DNA from: Parcubacteria group bacterium Licking1014_17
Lineage (GTDB): Bacteria > Patescibacteriota > Minisyncoccia > 2-02-FULL-40-12 > IGHO2-01-FULL-4-A
Assembly (NCBI GenBank): GCA_007376485.1
Contig: VMGJ01000003.1
Location: 17,252 to 81,251 of the forward strand
Length of the DNA stretch: 64,000 bases
Reading direction: 5' to 3'
The first letter of the stretch is position 1; each line of letters starts with the position of its first letter. The notes beneath the pieces are model-generated. The model was not told the origin of the DNA. It saw only the letters and a list, made by a program, of their open reading frames with translations, and made no database searches. The position numbers and the translations under genes are program-made. This document shows, one piece after another, positions 51,700 to 58,554 of the stretch.

Positions 51700-51728
51700 A
51701 TAATATCAAAACTCTTCCGCGCAGTCAA
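51700..51728 (-). promoter_or_regulatory. Sigma70-type promoter for the S-layer-like gene
   Basis: Minus strand TTGACT, 17-nt spacer, TATTAT with an extended TG. Confidence 0.65.
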
Positions 51729-51956
51729 CCAAAAAGACACGACTGTCCGCGGCTAATATTATCATTTACCTAACTACAAACAGTGACGTGTAAGGGTTTC
51801 AAACCTTACACCACACATACTATATTGGCCCCGAAACTGCTATTTATTATAACAACTAACAAATAGCTTTAAAATACTTTCAAGCCCAAAATTGTGGATA
51901 ATTGCAAATAATCACATAATCGAGGCACTGCTAATGACGTCGGGGTACCCGTAAAG

Positions 51957-52099
51957 ATAGCGACATAAATGACAAAATTACTATGTCATAGTGACAAAAA
52001 CATTTATGTCACGATATATGACACAGTGACACAATTAGATTGCGACATAAATGACAAATTGACGTGTCACTATGACATAATTGTCATTTATGTCGCTAT
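51957..52099. repeat. Nested palindromic array of GACA/TGTC boxes
   Basis: 19-bp perfect IR 51957-51975/52081-52099; 15-bp perfect IR 51982-51996/52065-52079; 17-bp direct copy 51960-51976 = 52042-52058. Confidence 0.85.
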
Positions 52100-52608
52100 A
52101 GGTTGTCTATCTTCCATATTTTGTCACCTTTGACAAATATGATATTGACGCTTATATCGGAAGAAACTTTATATATGTAAGTGGCGCTCTTGTCGTCCTC
52201 CTTTTTTAAGAGCCACCCGGCTCTCGCCTTTTCAAATTCTGCTATAAGTTTATCCGTTATCCCCTTGTCTTCGCTGGCTATAAACGTTTTTTCCCAGCTT
52301 TCCTGCTTGGATGTCACAAAATAACGGCTCGCAAGTTTAAAATCCTTGCTCTTCAAAGCATCCATAAATAGGTCATAAGTTTCCTCCGGCGTAGCGCCAC
52401 CGATGATATCACCGCTGGCAATAATCGGTTCAGAACCATTTTCTCCCGCGGTTTTATCGCCCTGTATTTTTTTCAATATTCCGGAGAAGTTCAACATACC
52501 CAAAATTGCCGATAGAGCAACGACTCCAAAAATAATGGTGATTATCCAATTTTTACGGAAAAACCCATTGCTCCTTCTGGAGTCGCCAGATATTGCCGGG
52601 TTGTTCAT
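52096..52608 (-). CDS. Single-TM hypothetical protein with small extracytoplasmic domain
   Basis: TM near the N-terminus; GGATPEETYDLF..ALK...A..Y...WKI pattern (NTF2-like fold possible). Confidence 0.7.
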   Translation of the reverse strand: MNNPAISGDSRRSNGFFRKNWIITIIFGVVALSAILGMLNFSGILKKIQGDKTAGENGSEPIIASGDIIGGATPEETYDLFMDALKSKDFKLASRYFVTSKQESWEKTFIASEDKGITDKLIAEFEKARAGWLLKKEDDKSATYIYKVSSDISVNIIFVKGDKIWKIDNL

Positions 52609-52632
52609 CGATCTAATTTTAACATTACGGAA

Positions 52633-53265
52633 TTAACTCGGCAATCGCGGGATGAAGTAAAACACGCTTTTACCCTGAACTTCCTTCAAAATCACGTTAT
52701 TTTCCAGTAATTCGGAGATTTTTCTCTGGATTGTTCTCCTGCTTATATTTTTAAATTCGGTGTAAACTTCCGAGTTCTGTACCCTCCCTTTTTTAGAAAT
52801 AAAATCAATTATTTTATCCTGCAAATCGCTGGGGGCCCGCCCTCTTTTTCTATTTGCCATACTTTTTTTTATCGTCTTAACCGGTTTATTTTCAGAGATA
52901 TCTTTTCTGGCATCAATTTTTTTCGCTTTTCTCGGAGTAATATTCTTGGCCGGAGAGGATATTACAAGCTTCAAAAGCAATAAATCTTTTTCAATAATCA
53001 TTGTTTGGGACAGGGTTTCGGAAAATAAATGCCGCATTATATACATAACCGATAGGCAGTGATCTAGATAATAACCGATTGATTTCGAGGAAACTTCGTC
53101 AATTTTACCGTTTTCGGTAACAAAAATTGCCGAAATATCGGCAATTTTTCTGGATTCCGTAAAACAAATTTCGCTAAAAAACTTATCAGGCAAGTTTTTG
53201 GCTAAAGTCTCAAGCTCGACGGCCAGATTAATGACAAGGCGCAAGGATGAGTTGTTATCGCTCAT
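52633..53265 (-). CDS. Helical N-terminal domain plus C-terminal winged helix-turn-helix (DeoR-HTH-like) DNA-binding protein (likely start 53265)
   Basis: LQDKIIDFISKKGRVQNSEVYTEFKNISRRTIQRKISELLENNVILKEVQGKSVFY is a wHTH; basic linker precedes it. Confidence 0.75.
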   Translation of the reverse strand: MSDNNSSLRLVINLAVELETLAKNLPDKFFSEICFTESRKIADISAIFVTENGKIDEVSSKSIGYYLDHCLSVMYIMRHLFSETLSQTMIIEKDLLLLKLVISSPAKNITPRKAKKIDARKDISENKPVKTIKKSMANRKRGRAPSDLQDKIIDFISKKGRVQNSEVYTEFKNISRRTIQRKISELLENNVILKEVQGKSVFYFIPRLPS

Positions 53266-53286
53266 TACATAGACATATAGCACAAC

Positions 53287-53459
53287 GCGACACCGCGTCA
53301 ATGCTTGTCGCAATAACACCCATTGTGTCGCGATGTCATTATTTGTCGCTATTATGTCGCGATATTGTCGCTATGTTGTCGCGATTCTGTCACTATCTGG
53401 AGCTTAATGTCACAGTGACATTCATTTGGCTACCTTGTCGCAGAACTAATAGTGTCACA
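53287..53459. repeat. Helically phased TGTC(G/A)C iteron-like array
   Basis: TGTCRC at 53344, 53355, 53366, 53377 and 53388 (exact 11-bp period), plus 53306, 53326, 53408, 53436 and 53454; palindrome AATGTCAC-A-GTGACATT at 53406-53422. Confidence 0.85.
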
Positions 53460-54664
53460 GTATCACCGCTGCTGTATTTTTGTATTAAGGCGCTAAGAGG
53501 ATTATCGGCTGTCACCTTCGTGCCATTAACTTCAAGAATTATGTCGTTCTCCTTAATGCCGGCTTTATCCGCCGGAGAACCGGGTGCCACGGCTATTTCA
53601 GTCGCGTTCGGGCCCTTGATGACCAAAGCTCCATAATCCACGGCCAGATTATTGCTGTCTTTGATATCCGGGGTAATCATCACATATCTTACGCCAAGGT
53701 AGGCATAAGTAATTTTGCCGGTTTTTGCCACCTGTTGTATATCTTTTTTGGCAATATTAATGGGTGTCGCAAAGCCGATATTCTGAGCCCCGCTGACAAT
53801 AGCCGTGTTTATCCCCATTACTTCTCCGTTCAAGTTGAGCAGCGGACCGCCGGAATTTCCGGGATTAATAGCGGCATCTGTCTGGATTAGCTGCGACAAG
53901 CTTTCCGAAGAACCGCCGGCGCTATCGGATGCCGTTATGGAACGGGAAAGTCCTGAAACCACGCCCCTGGACACGGTGTTGGAAAATTGCCCCAGCGCGT
54001 TTCCGATAGCTATGGCGGTTTGTCCTATCTGAACCTTGGTTGAATCGGCTAATGGCAGGGCTTTTAAGCCGGATACCGGTATTTTAATCACGGCGACATC
54101 ATTAACGGAATCCATGGCTAAAATTTGGGCGGTAAACTCCCTGCCGTCGCTCAAAATAACCGTGAAAGCGGCGCCGTCGATATTGACAACGTGCCTGTTG
54201 GTTAAAATCATACCGTCGGAACTCACGACAAATCCGGTTCCAGCGGCTACCTGCTGTTTTTGTGTTTGGGGCTGTGTCGGAGTTTGGGGCTGATTTTGGC
54301 ACTGATTGCCGAAAAACTGTCTGAAGAATGGGTCAGAACAAAGGTCTTGGAGTGGATAAGTTCCATTTTGGACTACCTGCAGATCTTTTGTTGCGATTAT
54401 GCTGACAACCGAAGGGCTTGACTGCTTAACAACATTTATAATTTTTGCCTCATCGCTTGTGCCGGGTACATAAGCTGGCGGTTGCTGGGTTGCCAAAGAA
54501 GAAGCCGGACCCGAACTCTGAATGTTGTTAGGAATTGTCATTAGAGCCGCTTCGTATCCGAAAATGGCTCCAAAAATCCCCGATATTATAATGCTGGCCA
54601 CTATTGCGCTTATAACAGTATTTTTTTTAACAAAGTTTGCTATTTTTTCTATTATTTTCTCCAT
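53393..54664 (-). CDS. htrA: HtrA/DegP-family serine protease with PDZ domain
   Basis: GTGF, TNRHVV, DVAV, IQTDAAINPGNSGGPL and GSPADKAGI motifs. Confidence 0.95.
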   Translation of the reverse strand: MEKIIEKIANFVKKNTVISAIVASIIISGIFGAIFGYEAALMTIPNNIQSSGPASSLATQQPPAYVPGTSDEAKIINVVKQSSPSVVSIIATKDLQVVQNGTYPLQDLCSDPFFRQFFGNQCQNQPQTPTQPQTQKQQVAAGTGFVVSSDGMILTNRHVVNIDGAAFTVILSDGREFTAQILAMDSVNDVAVIKIPVSGLKALPLADSTKVQIGQTAIAIGNALGQFSNTVSRGVVSGLSRSITASDSAGGSSESLSQLIQTDAAINPGNSGGPLLNLNGEVMGINTAIVSGAQNIGFATPINIAKKDIQQVAKTGKITYAYLGVRYVMITPDIKDSNNLAVDYGALVIKGPNATEIAVAPGSPADKAGIKENDIILEVNGTKVTADNPLSALIQKYSSGDTVTLLVLRQGSQMNVTVTLSSR

Positions 54665-54962
54665 AGATAATGGCTTTTTTAACCAAAAAGCCGGTTATTT
54701 AACCAGTAATCGGCCCTATGTATTACATTATATAATATAACGAAAAAAGAAATCAAAAAGTTTTGGGGGCGGAGCGAACCCCGCTCAAAATTTTCTGTGA
54801 AAATTTTGAGCAGGATACTTGAATTAGTCCGAACCGCTTTCGCCGCCTGCGGCGGCGAGGAAAACCCCCCGCGAAATTCTGAAAATGCGGCGAAGCCGCG
54901 CCGATGACAATTTCAAGTTTTTCTTTTGGCGGCAAATTCTTTGTTCTTTGAATTATAAAAAA

Positions 54963-54989
54963 GAGGGGGTCGCTTTCGCAAACCCCCTC
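54963..54989 (-). terminator. Terminator hairpin of the cargo gene
   Basis: GAGGGG..CCCCTC stem followed on the minus strand by a T run. Confidence 0.65.
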
Positions 54990-55012
54990 GGTTGAGAAGA
55001 TAGATCTCCGCT

Positions 55013-55675
55013 TCATTGAATACGGCCGGTGAGAAATCCTTTTGCGTTCTCATCCCAGAGAATCTTTCGCGGAGTGGTTTTGGTGACACCAGCTTGCGTC
55101 ACCACACCATCAAGTCGTCCGTTGAAGAAAATCGGAACTCCTTCTCGTAGAGCAGACGAACTCACAGTGTCATTCGCTCGAACGCCGTTGAGAAGCTGGC
55201 TCACACCCCGATTGACGAGATGAATTCCGCCTTTCTCGATCCAGGTTCCGCAGTCATAGGTATGAAGCGAAATCGGTTCGAGAACTTCCTCGCGCATGAG
55301 GTTCTCGCCGGTGATGACGAGAAAATCGGCATCGCTCGGCTGAATGGGAACCTGCTCGGTAACTGGTCCACGAAATAGGCGGTTCCTCTTTACTTCCTGG
55401 AAGCCAGGATGACGCACCGCCGATCCAAATGCGATGACCGCCACGATGTCATCGAGTGGAACGAGGGTGTGATTCACTTTCCATCCCGTCACCAACTTGT
55501 AGAGGTCGGCGAGGTTGATGTAGAAATCTGTGATTGCAGAATTTTGGAAGAATCCTCCGCCCGGATGAACGTATGCTTTTCCGTTCGGGAAATACAGTCT
55601 TCCAAGGCGTGTTGCCTCGAAATACTTCGTGAAATCATCCATGTGCAGAACGGTCTCAACTGCTGTGCTTTTCAT
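55013..55675 (-). CDS. Pol-beta-superfamily nucleotidyltransferase-like protein (cargo; likely start 55675)
   Basis: IVAVIAFGSAV ... SDADFLVI (GS..DxD) with an insertion; AAAGGAG Shine-Dalgarno before the ATG. Confidence 0.6.
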   Translation of the reverse strand: MKSTAVETVLHMDDFTKYFEATRLGRLYFPNGKAYVHPGGGFFQNSAITDFYINLADLYKLVTGWKVNHTLVPLDDIVAVIAFGSAVRHPGFQEVKRNRLFRGPVTEQVPIQPSDADFLVITGENLMREEVLEPISLHTYDCGTWIEKGGIHLVNRGVSQLLNGVRANDTVSSSALREGVPIFFNGRLDGVVTQAGVTKTTPRKILWDENAKGFLTGRIQ

Positions 55676-55730
55676 CGGTTTTCTCCTTTCAAGGAACTTG
55701 TATTTAGGCCACATTGCCTACGCTTGTAAG

Positions 55731-55759
55731 AATATAGCATATATGATGCTTGAAGTCAA
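55731..55759 (-). promoter_or_regulatory. Sigma70-type promoter of the cargo gene
   Basis: Minus strand TTGACT, 17-nt spacer, TATATT with an extended TG. Confidence 0.65.
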
Positions 55760-56079
55760 TAGTAAACAAAAAATCAGCATCTTTGCTGAAAATTATCTTA
55801 AAAAATCCTTATGAAAATTTTTCTTTTCTGCTTCTACAAAATATGGTTCGAGCCGATGTTTTTAACGGGTTCTTTTGCGGTTTTGATTCGTGCGGCTCCG
55901 CCGCCTTTCCGGATTTTCGCGGGGGGACTTCCTCGCCGCCGCAGGCGGCGAAAGCGGTTCGGACTAATTCAAGTATCCTGCACCACGTTGGAAAAGTCAA
56001 TGCCTCGCCCCGCCTTCGGCGGGTCTCGGCGACCAAATCGTACGGATTTTTCGGGGTAAAAAGAAATTCCCGATTCCGG

Positions 56080-57675
56080 ATTGAAGCTCAACTTGTTGAG
56101 CTCAAAGAATTTGCCGCCAAAGAAAAACTTGAAATTGTCGCTTCCTTTCAGGAAGCCAAAACCGCAAAAGAACCCGGGCGAATTAAATTCGCAGAAATGT
56201 TGTCATTGATTGAGAGAGGGAAAGCAGACGGGATAATTTCATGGCATCCGGATCGTCTCGCAAGAAATTCTGTGGATGGCGGAAAGATTATTCACTTTGT
56301 TGATCGCGGCTTGATTCGTTCCCTCAAATTTCCCTGCTTCTGGTTTGAACCGACACCACAAGGATTATTCATGCTGAACATTGCTTTCGGACAAAGCAAG
56401 TATTTTGTAGACAATTTGCGAGAGAATGTAAAAAGAGGTTTGCGGCAGAAAATCAGAAATGGAGTATGGCCAAGTTGGGCTCCAATTGGCTACACTAACA
56501 ACCCCAAAACGCGCGGTATTGATATTGATAGCGACAAAGCCCCTAAGGTAAAGAAATTGTTTGAAATGTATGCCACCGGAGAATACTCTCTCAACATCCT
56601 CGCAAATTGGTGTGAGAAAAAGAAACTGCTCACTAACGCCGGAAACAAAATATCATTAAGCAATGTTCAGCATATTCTCCAAAACCCTTTCTACATTGGG
56701 TTGATGAGATACAAAGGGGAAATTTTTGAGGGAACACACGAACCGTTAATCTCAAAGAAACTTTTTGATAAATGTCAGGAAGTTATGGTAAAGCGTGGGA
56801 AAGTGAGGCCAGACAGGAAACACTATTTTGCTTTTCTTGGCCTGATGAAATGCGCCTCGTGTGGTTGTTCAATTACGGCTCAATACGCAAAAGGAAATGG
56901 TGGTATTTACACTTACTATCGGTGTACAAAAAAGCGAGGCAAGTGCCAAGAAAAGTATCTTGATGAAAAACAGCTTTTAACACAAATTAAAAACTTCCTG
57001 CAAAAAGTTTCTTTGTCGAGCCAAGACACCGAGAAAGTTTTGGCGGCATTAGGCACAGAAGAAACACAAGCGAAACAACAAGCACAAAGTGAGGCGGTAA
57101 ATCTAAAAGAGCAGTTAGCTCAAATTGAAACAAAGCTCCAGAAATTGCTGGACGTATATCTCGATGATGCACTTACTCAAAAAGAATACGCCACCAAAAA
57201 AGATGTCCTCATTTCCCAAAAGGTCGAGTTAAACGAAAAAATCACCGACTTTGAGCAAAAAGGGGTGTCTTGGCTCGAACCGGCTCGTGAGTTTGTAAAA
57301 TCCTTGAATCAAGCCGCTAATTTACTTGAATCAGAAAATCTTTCCGAAATGACAACATTTCTGAAAAACATCGGCTCGAACCATATTTTACGGAATCGGG
57401 AATTTCTTTTTACCCCGAAAAATCCGTACGATTTGGTCGCCGAGACCCGCCGAAGGCGGGGCGAGGCATTGACTTTTCCAACGTGGTGGTCGTGTTCTGC
57501 CATTGAACCACACCCGCGTTGCCAAGGGGGTTTCGGCGAAACTTCGCCGAAACCCCCTTGGCTGAATTTTTATTTTTTATTTATCCAGTCGGTAACGGAC
57601 TGCCAGAATTTACCCCATGCGTCCGGTTGCCCGGCGCTTTTTTCAATCACGCTCGTTTCTTTATTTTTTGAGTAA
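56080..57675 (+). pseudogene. Large serine recombinase (resolvase + recombinase + Zn ribbon + coiled coil) lacking the N-terminal catalytic YxRxS motif
   Basis: IEAQ...DRLARN...RENVKRG...APIGY...NPFYIG...HEPLIS...CASCG...YYRC; sequence upstream of IEAQ is the inverted copy of the gene's own 3' end. Confidence 0.8.
57521..57562. terminator. Perfect 20-bp-stem hairpin between convergent genes (terminator or REP-like)
   Basis: GCCAAGGGGGTTTCGGCGAA-AC-TTCGCCGAAACCCCCTTGGC. Confidence 0.7.
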
Positions 57676-57944
57676 ATAATTACAACGTGCTCGTCGGGCT
57701 TTTTGTAGTTTAAATACAATCTGGCAAGTTTATCAAGCCGCTGGTCAATTTCTCCTGAAACTGTCGGCGAAGGCGATGTTTCCTCCACTTGAGTTAGTTC
57801 CGTAACTTTTTTATTTAAGCTTTCAAGTTTTCTGCCGGCGATTACCGCCGAAGGTATTATTCTATACAAAGAAACAAACATAAAACCGGCTACAAGCAAC
57901 AGCCCTATAGTCAACCAGCCCGATTGCAATAATTTTCTGAACAT
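57570..57944 (-). CDS. DivIC/FtsB-like septum formation initiator-type protein
   Basis: TM, short coiled coil and LARLYLNYKKPDEHVVII (AR..L....P.E motif). Confidence 0.6.
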   Translation of the reverse strand: MFRKLLQSGWLTIGLLLVAGFMFVSLYRIIPSAVIAGRKLESLNKKVTELTQVEETSPSPTVSGEIDQRLDKLARLYLNYKKPDEHVVIIYSKNKETSVIEKSAGQPDAWGKFWQSVTDWINKK

Positions 57945-57946
57945 AA

Positions 57947-58414
57947 TTAACGGATGCGGTTGATGGTTTCCGTGATTCCGTCAGGATCCTTCACTTTTTT
58001 TATAGTCAGCGGATTATCGGATACAGTTCTCAAAACAACATCGCCGTAATCAAAAACTGTTGGCATCAGCCCTTCTTTGCGGTAGCCGACCTCGGAAATG
58101 TCCTTGTACAAAAGTTCAACCGTGGCTCTTGAAAACATGCCTTTGCGCTCGCTTCTGACTACCCGTTGGTTAGTCAGCCATAAGACGTTGTCGCCTCCGG
58201 AAAAAGTCTTGTAGATAACCATTATCAAAGCAAGGCTAACCGCAATTATAACAACCTGATTCCAGTAGCCGAAGAAATCAAAACTAGTCATAAATCTCAA
58301 TACAAAAAGCAGGACGATAATCAAAATCCAGAAAATATACGTTGGCAGGAGAAAAATCCAGTGGCGAGACGTGACCTTTATTAATTTTTCGTTTTGCCGT
58401 AGAATTAGTTTCAT
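57947..58414 (-). CDS. Membrane protein with bacterial PH domain
   Basis: E.LI....RHW, two TMs, LTNQRVV and FDYGDV motifs. Confidence 0.75.
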   Translation of the reverse strand: MKLILRQNEKLIKVTSRHWIFLLPTYIFWILIIVLLFVLRFMTSFDFFGYWNQVVIIAVSLALIMVIYKTFSGGDNVLWLTNQRVVRSERKGMFSRATVELLYKDISEVGYRKEGLMPTVFDYGDVVLRTVSDNPLTIKKVKDPDGITETINRIR

Positions 58415-58434
58415 AAGTTTGTGATTAATTATTT

Positions 58435-58536
58435 ATGACCAAGAGAACAATCAAGATTATAACCATCGCGATGTCCATCATGACTATTTTTGCGATGATT
58501 GCTTTTACCCTCGTCGCGGTTTTGAGACTCTACTAA
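58435..58536 (+). CDS. Putative 33-aa single-TM small protein (below ORF-track cutoff)
   Basis: MTKRTIKIITIAMSIMTIFAMIAFTLVAVLRLY: basic N-terminus plus a hydrophobic helix filling the intergenic gap. Confidence 0.45.
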   Translation: MTKRTIKIITIAMSIMTIFAMIAFTLVAVLRLY

Positions 58537-58554
58537 TCGAATTATAACCTAAAG

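Larger units (their letters stand above)
54810..57488. mobile_element. Large serine recombinase-associated element with nested inverted repeats and a cargo gene
   Basis: 54810-54899 is an inverted repeat of 55892-55981 (first 53 bp exact); 55981-56078 is a perfect 98-bp inverted repeat of 57391-57488. Confidence 0.7.

Noticed and set aside
51893-51901. Perfect DnaA box (TGTGGATAA) near the TGTC array; a TTATTCACA also occurs at 47581
   Set aside because: Isolated boxes with no cluster, no dnaA/dnaN nearby and no switch in gene strand bias; insufficient for oriC
51957-53459. Repeat arrays as CRISPR
   Set aside because: Units are 6-19 bp with no unique 25-45-bp spacers and no cas genes
55750-56079. 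N-terminal 110 aa of the 641-aa ORF, and ORFs 54753-55016, 55809-56036, 55811-56059 and 57309-57503
   Set aside because: These are translations of the inverted-repeat arms, not independent genes
57481-57520. tRNA 3' end as the integration target
   Set aside because: No T-loop (GTTCGA) or cloverleaf found on either strand at either element end
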